A DNA stretch of 62,044 nucleotides, counting the filler. It is 5 parts of 5 records of this genome, joined end to end, with 100 filler letters (N's around TTAATTAATTAA, not from the genome) between each part and the next. Parts side by side here need not be neighbours in the genome. Positions count along the whole stretch, not along the records: positions 31,574 to 43,411 come from SRR20825010_4209; positions 43,512 to 46,547 come from SRR20825010_4211; positions 46,648 to 52,650 come from SRR20825010_4216; 2 more parts are not named here. One strand, written 5' to 3'. The position numbers and the translations under genes are program-made. A model generated the notes under the pieces. That model had not been told where the DNA came from and made no database searches. It saw nothing but the letters and a program-made list of their open reading frames with translations. Positions within the stretch are counted from its first letter, which is position 1, and each line of letters begins with the position of its first letter. Below are positions 42,647 through 51,082 of the stretch, piece by piece.

Positions 42647-43198
42647 ATGGACCGACGAGAGACAGACCTGCCGATGTCTTCCGAAACCCTTGTGGAAATA
42701 CGGGATTATTGGCTGGAACTGAAGAAGAACAGGTTGATGCCTTTGAAGCAGGAATTCAACCCGGCGGCCATAGCGCGCCATTTACCCTATGTCCTGCTCG
42801 CCGATGTCGTTCAGGATCCGCTGCGGTTTCGATATCGCCTTTTGGGGACCAGGATCACGGAACTCGCGAGGCGAGACGCAACCGGCAAATGGCTGGATGA
42901 GGACCTCTATGGCGACAAGACAGATGATATTCTGTGGTTGTTCAGGAACTGCGCATCAACCAAGCAGCCCATTGCGGTCCGGGAACAGATTCAGTTTGTC
43001 AATAAATCATGGGTGACTGTCGATGTTGCCGCCTTTCCACTAAGTGATGCAGATGGCAAGATAAACGTGATCTTGAGTGCTGTCGATTTGACACATATGG
43101 ATGCGAGCCTTCCCTCGCCCGGAACGACTTTTATTCTCGACTGGCAAGCAACCGAAGCAACGTCTCACGCTTCTCCAGACACTCAATCCGTGCCCTAA
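42647..43198 (+). CDS. Stand-alone PAS-domain protein (PAS_5-like)
   Basis: YW..LK....P....F.P, FRYRLLGT, D.TG motifs typical of alphaproteobacterial PAS_5 proteins. Confidence 0.8.
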   Translation: MDRRETDLPMSSETLVEIRDYWLELKKNRLMPLKQEFNPAAIARHLPYVLLADVVQDPLRFRYRLLGTRITELARRDATGKWLDEDLYGDKTDDILWLFRNCASTKQPIAVREQIQFVNKSWVTVDVAAFPLSDADGKINVILSAVDLTHMDASLPSPGTTFILDWQATEATSHASPDTQSVP

Positions 43199-43214
43199 GG
43201 TTCCGCGAAGGAGT

Positions 43215-43289
43215 TGGCTGGGGTGGCAGGATTCGAACCTGCGCGTGACGGGATCAAAACCCGCTGCCTTACCGCTTGGCTACACCCCA
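43215..43289 (-). tRNA. tRNA-Gln(UUG)
   Basis: 75 nt, TGGGGTG...GGTTCGAATCC...CACCCCA-G-CCA; anticodon arm GCGGG-TT-TTG-AT-CCCGT. Confidence 0.97.
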
Positions 43290-43411
43290 ATGAGGAGCCT
43301 CTTTCTATCCAAAGGGCTGACTAACCTCAAGCCAAATTTTGAAAAAATGGGGAAAAGGTAAAATCCTGGAACTATGGTCCCACAGCTGCCGCCTTCACCC
43401 ACCACTCGGGA

Positions 43412-43511
43412 NNNNNNNNNNNNNNNNNNNNNNNNNNNNNNNNNNNNNNNNNNNNTTAATTAATTAANNNNNNNNNNNNNNNNNNNNNNNNNNNNNNNNN
43501 NNNNNNNNNNN
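43412..43511. other. Artificial contig linker
   Basis: N-run + TTAATTAATTAA + N-run. Confidence 0.99.
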
Positions 43512-43564
43512 GGATATTGCCTTTCTATGATTATTTCTCATTGATACAAAGTGAAAAGTGCCCC

Positions 43565-43933
43565 ATGATAAGACACCTGCTCGAAAAACGACTGCCTCTG
43601 TTTCTCGAATTTCTCTCGGCTTTCAGGCGTTATGCCTCTTATATTCAGGAGATCTTTTTCGCCTTGCTGCTGATTCTTTTACTGGGGGCAATCCTGATCT
43701 GGAAATATGAGAACATCGATTTCGGAGATGCGATCTACTTTACCTGTATCACCGGATTGACCATCGGCTATGGTGATATCACACCCGAGACGGCCATCGG
43801 GAGACTCGTGAGTGTCGGGATTGGGCTGGTCGGCATGCTGGTAGCAGGACTGACGGTGGCCATCGCGACGCGTGCCCTGAATGATACCGCTGTGCGACAT
43901 TTCGAAATCGAAAGTGAAGATCAGGCTTCTTAA
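43565..43933 (+). CDS. Minimal two-TM potassium channel (KcsA-like)
   Basis: DAIYF..IT.LTIGYGDITP selectivity filter between two TM helices; no RCK domain. Confidence 0.88.
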   Translation: MIRHLLEKRLPLFLEFLSAFRRYASYIQEIFFALLLILLLGAILIWKYENIDFGDAIYFTCITGLTIGYGDITPETAIGRLVSVGIGLVGMLVAGLTVAIATRALNDTAVRHFEIESEDQAS

Positions 43934-43987
43934 AAGCAGGGCTGTGAGGTTCAAGGTATTAAGATTGGGTAGTTTCTTAATTGTTCG

Positions 43988-44422
43988 TTAATGATTTTGA
44001 TTCCAGTCATATTTCAACAGACGCAGTCCCGTCAGTTTATCAATCAGAGCGGAAGCAATACTGAGAACCACCACGGACAGAGCCGCTGGAACAATCCCTG
44101 AACAGAGGCCAATTAATGCCCACAGGCTGATCTGGCCTGCAGTAACTCCGTCCGAATTCAACAGGAATGAGGACATGAGCACCAGCCAGTAAGACAGAAG
44201 CGGAAAACCCAGCAGGAACAGAAATTCCCGCCTGCGACCGGAGCCAGATCTTTCTGCCAGAAACATGCCAACGGAGGCTCCCAGGCAAATTATGACACCT
44301 TGCCAATATTGCGAGAGCAAACCTGCTACAAGTATGAGTGCCAGAACAATCAGCAATCTTAGAAAGTCGACTGGCAGCGACGACTTTTGCTGGAGTTCAG
44401 AATGATAATTCTTTTCTGACAT
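43988..44422 (-). CDS. Hypothetical four-TM membrane protein
   Basis: 144-aa ORF with four hydrophobic segments. Confidence 0.65.
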   Translation of the reverse strand: MSEKNYHSELQQKSSLPVDFLRLLIVLALILVAGLLSQYWQGVIICLGASVGMFLAERSGSGRRREFLFLLGFPLLSYWLVLMSSFLLNSDGVTAGQISLWALIGLCSGIVPAALSVVVLSIASALIDKLTGLRLLKYDWNQNH

Positions 44423-44606
44423 GCTGAATTCCCGGTGTGATATTGATGCAAGCTTGATCTGCAGGACTTATGAAGCGGAGCCCTCGTCGAGAGTTTATCA
44501 TATCTCACGAGAAATGATCGGGCAAGTGGTTGTCTGGAATTCAGCCCACAGTGAAAGTCATTCGCCATGTGGTATAAGCAGTGTGTGGGCACCATGAAGT
44601 GTGTGA

Positions 44607-44646
44607 AGAGGGGGCAGGAATTAATTATATAGAGTCCCGATTCCCT
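44607..44646 (+). repeat. Palindromic repeat, degenerate copy A
   Basis: AGAGGGGGCAGGAATTAATTATATAGAGTCCCGATTCCCT; 30/40 identical to copy B. Confidence 0.65.
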
Positions 44647-44742
44647 ACGCTTCTCTGGTGACTCCCAAGATCTTTTCGTTGGTGACAATTATAAAAGTTC
44701 ATTTTAGCTTGATAAACTGAAGTAATAGTAATTCCACATACA

Positions 44743-45069
44743 TTACTTAGGAGCAAAAAGTGGGGGAATACCATTTACCCATGGAGGGTCTATATTTTCA
44801 ACTTCTTCTGGCGATTTATGTTTTTTATGCAAATATTTCAGTTCATCCAGTGTCAATCACAAGCCATGCGGATCGAGAACAAACTGCTGGCCATCAGTAA
44901 GCGTAACTTCTGCGGAAGCTAAATGGTTTCTTCTAAATTTCTTTAGAATAGATCCATTATATGGATTAGACTGCAACACGGTATTTTCGTGCGGTGGTTC
45001 ATCTGGAAGTCGAATATGGGTGATTCTTCCCCCGTAGAATATTGTACCAGGTCCACTATATAAACTAAT
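44743..45069 (-). pseudogene. Possible decayed gene: 109-codon frame with one internal TGA
   Basis: YSGPGTIFYGGRITHIRLP...DPHGL*LTLDELKYL...PPLFAPK*; TGA at 44857-44859; no in-frame start at its 5' end. Confidence 0.35.
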
Positions 45070-45228
45070 TCAGGGTCTAGATTTCCCCAATGGCGCATTG
45101 ATATACTCATATAATATTTGCTCGTATGACATTCACCAGGCTTTGGAATTCACTTAAAAAATCTTCTGGCAAGATGGTAACTCTTGTTCGGCAAGATCAT
45201 CACGTAATATCAGGATTGGAGTATCTTA

Positions 45229-46290
45229 ATGTATTTGAATATTCGCATGCTGATTTGGGGCGTGTCGATTAGCCTTGCAGCTAATATGACATGTTCTGCG
45301 CAGGAAGTACCGATCACTGAGTTTCGTGCGCAACATGAATTGCTTAAAAAAGCTTCACTGAATGTTCAAGGGAAATTTCGATATTACCGAATCGAGAAGC
45401 CATTGGAAGAAGTCTTTACGAAATCACCTAAAGAAGTGGGGATTCCATTGTTATGGGAAGGTGAGCTGTGGAGAAGTGGAGATCGATTTCGTGCTGATTA
45501 TCTCATACTAAACAATAAAGGCAAAAACGGAGGAGGTACTCAAAGTGCAATGGCAAAAGATGCTGGTAAGTTTTATGAGTTTTTAGGTGGTGTTAATGGC
45601 CAGGTCTCTGCTTTAAACATTTACTCCGAAGGTAATCCTCAGTCTATACCTGTCAATGGCATGATAAACAATTCGTTTTTACAACCTATTGATGCACTAT
45701 GGAGCATGAACGGGATCAGTTTCAGCGAAATCCTGCAAAGACCCGATCTCAAAACAATAAATTCGTCCGATGAATCCAGCTTGACTTTAATGATTAGCAA
45801 TGAAGATGCATCAACAGAATATATTTTTAATAAAGACAATCGCTATGCACTGGTCTCCATCTCCAGCAAAAGCAAATTTTTTGAATTACAACGACGTGTC
45901 ACGTTTAAAACTATCAGTGGGCTCATCGTTCCCACACGTGTCATTGATCTAGCAACTCAAACCGGTGGCGGTGGTTATACCACAGTTTTTGAGCTTGAAC
46001 TTACAAAATTAGAAGCTGCGTCGCCAAATTTTAAACCGATCAATGCGACCTCTTTTGAAAATTTCAATCTTGAATATCAAATATACGAATTTAATAATTC
46101 TGATCAAAATCTGGGTGAACTCGTAGAAAGAGTCAATCCAACCACCAATCTAAATCCAACTACCCCATCATCAACTGGCTCTTTTCGTTTCATCATTCTG
46201 ATATTAAATGGCATTGCGATTCTCATTATATTTTCAATTTTGCTTTATCGCAGAACTAAACACCGTGCAAAAAACATCAATGATGCTTAA
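45229..46290 (+). CDS. Hypothetical exported protein with C-terminal TM anchor
   Basis: Signal-like N-terminus; C-terminal Pro/Thr linker, hydrophobic helix and basic tail RRTKHRAK; RBS GGAG. Confidence 0.75.
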   Translation: MYLNIRMLIWGVSISLAANMTCSAQEVPITEFRAQHELLKKASLNVQGKFRYYRIEKPLEEVFTKSPKEVGIPLLWEGELWRSGDRFRADYLILNNKGKNGGGTQSAMAKDAGKFYEFLGGVNGQVSALNIYSEGNPQSIPVNGMINNSFLQPIDALWSMNGISFSEILQRPDLKTINSSDESSLTLMISNEDASTEYIFNKDNRYALVSISSKSKFFELQRRVTFKTISGLIVPTRVIDLATQTGGGGYTTVFELELTKLEAASPNFKPINATSFENFNLEYQIYEFNNSDQNLGELVERVNPTTNLNPTTPSSTGSFRFIILILNGIAILIIFSILLYRRTKHRAKNINDA

Positions 46291-46314
46291 TACTGCACTG
46301 TCAAAGAATGTAAC

Positions 46315-46355
46315 AAAGGGGTCAGGAATTAATAAATGAGAGTCTTGACTCCTTT
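46315..46355 (+). repeat. Palindromic repeat, copy B
   Basis: AAAGGGGTCAGGA-N15-TCTTGACTCCTTT, 13-bp stem with two G-T pairs. Confidence 0.7.
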
Positions 46356-46547
46356 AGCCCCTTCTGAAATCAGCCTTGGAAACACTCCACCTGGAATGCA
46401 CGGCGACTGCGCCAGGCACACCTGCCACATAAAGATTAAATGATTTTCTGGAAGACACTCTGATTATCAAAGCAAGGGGCCAGGTCAGGGGAGTGACTGT
46501 TTCACGTTTGTCTCTTTTTTATTGCTGGTGCAGCGTGAGCCTGTTAA

Positions 46548-46647
46548 NNNNNNNNNNNNNNNNNNNNNNNNNNNNNNNNNNNNNNNNNNNNTTAATTAAT
46601 TAANNNNNNNNNNNNNNNNNNNNNNNNNNNNNNNNNNNNNNNNNNNN
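46548..46647. other. Artificial contig linker
   Basis: N-run + TTAATTAATTAA + N-run. Confidence 0.99.
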
Positions 46648-46649
46648 GT

Positions 46650-46778
46650 TTACTCGCAAGAGGAGAATTTCAAGCTTCCTGGAGCATGCACCCACTGGCT
46701 TTGCTGGCGTATGTGGTTATTATTTCTAGAATCTGGCAACTTATTAAAAACTTAAAAACAACACACAATTATGGCTAA
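46650..46778 (+). CDS. DUF2752-like membrane protein, 3' fragment (absent from ORF track)
   Basis: LLARGEFQASWSMHPLALLAYVVIISRIWQL...; stop overlaps the TM2 start; DUF2752-TM2 pairing is common in Bacteroidota. Confidence 0.65.
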   Translation, partial: LLARGEFQASWSMHPLALLAYVVIISRIWQLIKNLKTTHNYG

Positions 46779-47151
46779 TGTATTAAGACATCTTCCTGAA
46801 TTGGAAGGAATGGAACTGGGCTACATCCAGGGTTTGATGAAGAATATGGATGAGGATCAGGCATCTCTTTTTGCACAGGTTTATCGTGCCAGAAGAAAAG
46901 ACGCACAGATGATTTTGATTTTGACTTTGTTAGGCTTTTTTGGCTTTGCAGGCTTGCATCGATTCATCCTTGGGCAGATTGGCTTAGGTATTCTATATAT
47001 TTTAACCATTGGACTTTGTTTTATAGGTACCATAGTCGATTTGGTCAATTATAAGAGCCTTGCGTACGAGTACAACATCAAAGTAGCTCACGAGACTATG
47101 AATATGTTGAACGCCAATTATCCTGGTGATATGACGAACACGACTACCTAA
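46771..47151 (+). CDS. TM2-domain protein
   Basis: GFFGFAGLHRFILGQIGLGILYILTIGLCFIGTIVDL. Confidence 0.9.
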   Translation: MANVLRHLPELEGMELGYIQGLMKNMDEDQASLFAQVYRARRKDAQMILILTLLGFFGFAGLHRFILGQIGLGILYILTIGLCFIGTIVDLVNYKSLAYEYNIKVAHETMNMLNANYPGDMTNTTT

Positions 47152-47169
47152 TTATAGATTTAACGAGTT

Positions 47170-47198
47170 AAAGAGCCGGGGGAAACTCCGGCTTTTTT
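47170..47198 (+). terminator. Intrinsic terminator
   Basis: AGCCGGGG-GAAA-CTCCGGCT plus T-run. Confidence 0.85.
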
Positions 47199-47297
47199 GA
47201 TTTCTGTCAACTTCAATAACTTTGGTTATTTTGAAAAAAAAATAGAATGAAAAGTAGCTGTCTTTCTACGGCAAATGAGTCAGAAAAATTTGGCAAT

Positions 47298-47329
47298 AAA
47301 AAAACCTGGGGGTAATACCAGGTTTTTTT
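47298..47329. terminator. Bidirectional terminator
   Basis: A7-CCTGG...CCAGG-T7. Confidence 0.8.
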
Positions 47330-47354
47330 ATGCATGTTTACTTTTCAAAAATGA

Positions 47355-47684
47355 TTACTGATACGACTTTGTATTCAGTGTTTCGTCACTTTTGAAGAAA
47401 TCAGTAAGTTTTCCGAAGGAATTTTCGAAATAACCATCTAACATTTTTTTAATAATGAAAGAACGATACTCGTCTTTCGATACGATTGGAAAATACTCAT
47501 GACTCTTTCCGTAAGACTTGTGACTCACAAATCCTTTACGCTCCAATATCCTAACTATCGTAGACACAGTGTTATACGCTGGCTTCGGTTCGGTCATTGG
47601 AGTAAGGATGTCTTTGACAAATCCTCTTTCGATTTCCCAGAGGATCTGCATGATCTCCTCTTCGGCTCTTGTTAATGGTTTCAT
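47355..47684 (-). CDS. BlaI/MecI/CopY-family transcriptional repressor
   Basis: LTRAEEEIMQILW, PKPAYNTVSTIVRILERKGFV; ATG 47684. Confidence 0.92.
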   Translation of the reverse strand: MKPLTRAEEEIMQILWEIERGFVKDILTPMTEPKPAYNTVSTIVRILERKGFVSHKSYGKSHEYFPIVSKDEYRSFIIKKMLDGYFENSFGKLTDFFKSDETLNTKSYQ

Positions 47685-47818
47685 AAATAAGGCGTTAAGT
47701 TTTAAGTGCAAGAAAATTATTCGTTTAGTTTCACAATTGCAAAAAAAACCACCTTTAGTTTTAATTTTTTTTTATCTCAAGAGATTTGGTGTTCACATAA
47801 AAAATAACCGAGTTCAAC

Positions 47819-47848
47819 AAAAAATGGCCTTATATGAGGCCATTTTTT
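47819..47848. terminator. Terminator after the desaturase
   Basis: AAAAAATGGCCT...AGGCCATTTTTT. Confidence 0.8.
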
Positions 47849-47849
47849 G

Positions 47850-48599
47850 TTATGCAGGTCTTAACTTAATAATCCTTGTCATGTGCAATAGTTTGACAAT
47901 GGGATAGGTTGGATCAAATTCATACCATTTCACTGCGAAGTTTGGTCTATTTGGAAGCTTATGGTGATTGTTTTGAAACAATTCTCCTAGCATTAATACA
48001 TCCAATAAAAGGCTGTTTTTTGAATGGTCGTTATTATCAAAATTTGCGTATCCATATTTATGCCCACTCCAATTTACAATAGCTCCGTGAACTGGTCCCA
48101 TAAGGAAGTGTATAGGAAGTAAGAAATACATCCACCAATGCGTACCTGGCATATCGAAAACAGAGATACATAGTACATAGATCGCGACATATAATAACCC
48201 CCAGCTCACACGCACCAGCATGGTATCGGCAAACTTGTCGAATTTATTCCAGTCAGGAATATCTTTGGAGAACCTCTCTTCAGGCTTCAATCTGAAAGAA
48301 AAATACTCATTATATATGTTTTTAGTTTTCCACATCATGGTGAATAAGTTCTCGGTATGATGCGGGCTATGTGGATCTTTTGGTGTGTCGCTGTAGGCGT
48401 GATGCAATCTGTGAAGAATAGCATATGCTCTCGGAGAGAGGTAGGAGCTACCTTGCCACATCCATGTAAAGAAATAGAAAAACTTTTCCCAGTATTTGTT
48501 CATATAGAACATTTGATGGGCAGCATATCTGTGAAGGAAGAAGCTTTGGCAAAACAAGGAGAAATACCAATGCAGCAAGAACAAGATAATGATTATCAC
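47850..48599 (-). CDS. Fatty acyl (delta-9-type) desaturase
   Basis: His boxes HRYAAH, HRLHH, QNNHH; DPHSP. Confidence 0.92.
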   Translation of the reverse strand: MIIIILFLLHWYFSLFCQSFFLHRYAAHQMFYMNKYWEKFFYFFTWMWQGSSYLSPRAYAILHRLHHAYSDTPKDPHSPHHTENLFTMMWKTKNIYNEYFSFRLKPEERFSKDIPDWNKFDKFADTMLVRVSWGLLYVAIYVLCISVFDMPGTHWWMYFLLPIHFLMGPVHGAIVNWSGHKYGYANFDNNDHSKNSLLLDVLMLGELFQNNHHKLPNRPNFAVKWYEFDPTYPIVKLLHMTRIIKLRPA

Positions 48600-48625
48600 T
48601 CGGCGTAGGATTTATGTTAGAGGCG

Positions 48626-48633
48626 CAAATATA
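48626..48633 (-). promoter_or_regulatory. Bacteroidota -7 promoter element
   Basis: TATATTTG (TAnnTTTG) upstream of the desaturase. Confidence 0.6.
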
Positions 48634-48763
48634 AGGCAACCCAAATCAAGTAACGAATTAATAGCTCTTTGCATTCCAATTTTTTGAGATGATATTTATC
48701 AGGTTTTAGAAAAATTAAGGTAATTTCTATCTTTATAAACACGTGGAAATAACCGATAGACCT

Positions 48764-49117
48764 ATGAATTTTCTAGTAAAGATCCTTTTGGGAGGGATTT
48801 CTGTAATAATTGCTGAATATCTGATCCCCGGTATTCACATTGATACTGCTGTAACAGGTTTTATCCTTGCTGCAGTGATCATCCTGATCAATATTACCTT
48901 GAAGCCCATATTGATTGTACTAACCTTGCCAATTACCATTTTAACGCTTGGTCTATTTTTATTGGTCATCAATGCGCTGATGTTTATGCTTGCTGATCGG
49001 ATTATCCCAGGGTTTCAGGTGGATGGATTTTGGTGGGCAGTTTTGTTTGCAATCGTTGTTAGTATTATTAACTCACTGTTTGGTAATAGTTTAAACCCTT
49101 CCAAACCATCACAATAA
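48764..49117 (+). CDS. YvlD-like 4-TM membrane protein (phage holin superfamily IV annotation)
   Basis: N..LKPIL..LTLPITILTLGLFLLVINA, PGF.VDGFWWA. Confidence 0.85.
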   Translation: MNFLVKILLGGISVIIAEYLIPGIHIDTAVTGFILAAVIILINITLKPILIVLTLPITILTLGLFLLVINALMFMLADRIIPGFQVDGFWWAVLFAIVVSIINSLFGNSLNPSKPSQ

Positions 49118-49464
49118 TAATTATTTGTTAAACATTTATTGAGTGACTAAGTTCTTTAAATTAGAAAGGGCTTTGAAAAGGGCTATTCTCAAGAGATCTA
49201 TTTGGAAAGCTCCTTAAAGAGTTAATTCATAAAAACTTCTAAAATTTCAAAATCCTTAAATCGGCTTCCTACTTCAACCAGGTCTTCTAATTGAACTTCA
49301 GATTATTATATCTCTTAGAAAACCACAATTATTTAACAATTTCTTTATTAGACTTTGCGGTTTTAAATAAATTCGATTAGATTTTGATGTTATATTACTA
49401 TACGATTTAGTACTATTGGATTGCTAATCACTTAAAAGATAAATATTCTTTAAATATTTGACCT

Positions 49465-50028
49465 ATGTCAATCTCAAATCCAGGTTTTGATCCTCAACGC
49501 ATCGAAGAGCTAAAGGATGAGCTAGGGAAGCTCAACAAAACATTCAAAATCCTTCCCGAAGAAGAAAACTCTGATGAGTTTGTGAATTTCTATTTTATAG
49601 GAATGTATCAAGGTAAAGAAGTAATCTACGACTCCGCTTTGTACACCCTTAGGTTGCATCATGCTAGTGAAGTGTATGAACTAGCAGAACATAAGGCCGC
49701 TCAGAAGTTTCCGAATTTCAAAGGTATAACCTATGAAGAAGATGAAAATGGTAATTTGAAGCCATTGACCAGTGAAGAAGAAGAAATCGGTTGGTTTATC
49801 ACTGAGATCATCATGGAAATAGAAGAGGAAGAAAGTGTAAAAGTGCAGGAGTTCGTTGATGTTGATACCCACCATGATTTCGGAATTGGTGTAGATGCAG
49901 CCTTGAATATCGATTTGATAGATGAAGATGTGATCGCCAAATTCATCAAAGAATTTAATGACGATACCTTAGAGCTGGATGATACGATGTATGCTTTTCA
50001 AACTGAAGAAGAAGATATCGAAGATTAA
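49465..50028 (+). CDS. Highly acidic hypothetical protein
   Basis: 187 aa, about 50 D/E versus about 14 K/R by hand count. Confidence 0.8.
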   Translation: MSISNPGFDPQRIEELKDELGKLNKTFKILPEEENSDEFVNFYFIGMYQGKEVIYDSALYTLRLHHASEVYELAEHKAAQKFPNFKGITYEEDENGNLKPLTSEEEEIGWFITEIIMEIEEEESVKVQEFVDVDTHHDFGIGVDAALNIDLIDEDVIAKFIKEFNDDTLELDDTMYAFQTEEEDIED

Positions 50029-50054
50029 TCTTAACTGAGTTAAACACTAAAACG

Positions 50055-50081
50055 ACGCTTGCTAACCGCAAGCGTTTTTTT
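50055..50081 (+). terminator. Intrinsic terminator abutting the HDAC start codon
   Basis: ACGCTTGC-TAACC-GCAAGCGT plus T-run ending at 50081. Confidence 0.7.
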
Positions 50082-50984
50082 ATGCTAAAAATTGCCTATT
50101 CACCTATCTATAAGCATTCCTTGCCAGTGGGTCATAGATTTCCAATGGAGAAATATGAATTACTTCCTGGTCAGCTATTGCATGAAGGAATTGTCCATGA
50201 GGAGAATTTCTTTGAGCCCCATCCCTTAGATGAAAAATGGATTTTGACTACGCACACAGCGGAATATTGGAATAAGCTTAAGAACTTATCTTTATCCAAA
50301 TCTGAAATACGGGCTACTGGATTTCCTTTGTCCAAAGAACTGGTGGATAGGGAAGTTACTATTTTGCAGGGTTCTGTTCAGGCTGCCGTTTTTGCTTTAA
50401 AGTATGGAATAGCTATGAACATTGCCGGAGGAACGCATCATGCTTTTGCTGATCGTGGTGAAGGGTTTTGTTTATTAAATGATATTGCTGTTACAGCTAA
50501 TTATCTATTAGCAAATCAATTGTCTAAAAAGGTTTTGGTGATAGACCTAGATGTTCATCAGGGCAATGGCACTGCCAGTATATGTGCGAATAACTCAGAT
50601 ATCTACACGTTCAGTATGCATGGAGAGAAGAATTATCCCATGCGTAAAGAAATCTCCAATCTAGATTGCGCTATTCCTGACGGAACGGGCGATGAATTGT
50701 ATTTAAGTATACTCCAACCCCAGCTTGAAATAATATTGAAAGATTTTTCGCCTGATTTTATTATTTATCAATCTGGAGTAGATGTGTTGGAAAGCGACAA
50801 ATTAGGAAGATTATCGATGAGCATTGACGGAGTTAAGAATCGAGATAGTATGGTTCTTAACTTAGCCAAATCATTACAGGTGCCTATTATGTGCTGCATG
50901 GGAGGAGGTTATTCAGCTAACGTAGCTAAAATTGTAGAAGCCCATACGCAAGTCTATAGATTGGCTCAAGATCTATATTTTTAA
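50082..50984 (+). CDS. Histone deacetylase family protein (HDAC11-like class)
   Basis: HRFPMEKY, GGTHHA, GFC, IDLDVHQGNGT, D.LG, MGGGY. Confidence 0.93.
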   Translation: MLKIAYSPIYKHSLPVGHRFPMEKYELLPGQLLHEGIVHEENFFEPHPLDEKWILTTHTAEYWNKLKNLSLSKSEIRATGFPLSKELVDREVTILQGSVQAAVFALKYGIAMNIAGGTHHAFADRGEGFCLLNDIAVTANYLLANQLSKKVLVIDLDVHQGNGTASICANNSDIYTFSMHGEKNYPMRKEISNLDCAIPDGTGDELYLSILQPQLEIILKDFSPDFIIYQSGVDVLESDKLGRLSMSIDGVKNRDSMVLNLAKSLQVPIMCCMGGGYSANVAKIVEAHTQVYRLAQDLYF

Positions 50985-51046
50985 GTACTGAGCTCTAAAT
51001 TTACCTAGAGATGTTAAGTCAATTCTTGTAAAATCAATACTTTCTT

Positions 51047-51054
51047 TATATTTG
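51047..51054 (+). promoter_or_regulatory. Bacteroidota -7 promoter element
   Basis: TATATTTG upstream of the OmpH-family gene. Confidence 0.6.
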
Positions 51055-51082
51055 CGCCCTTGTAATCAATAACATCAACAAA

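Noticed and set aside
43215..43289. tRNA-Gln as an island boundary for the FecR genes
   Set aside because: No att duplication or mobility gene visible
48764..49117. Holin-annotated gene as a prophage remnant
   Set aside because: The YvlD-like family is common on chromosomes, and no endolysin or other phage genes are nearby
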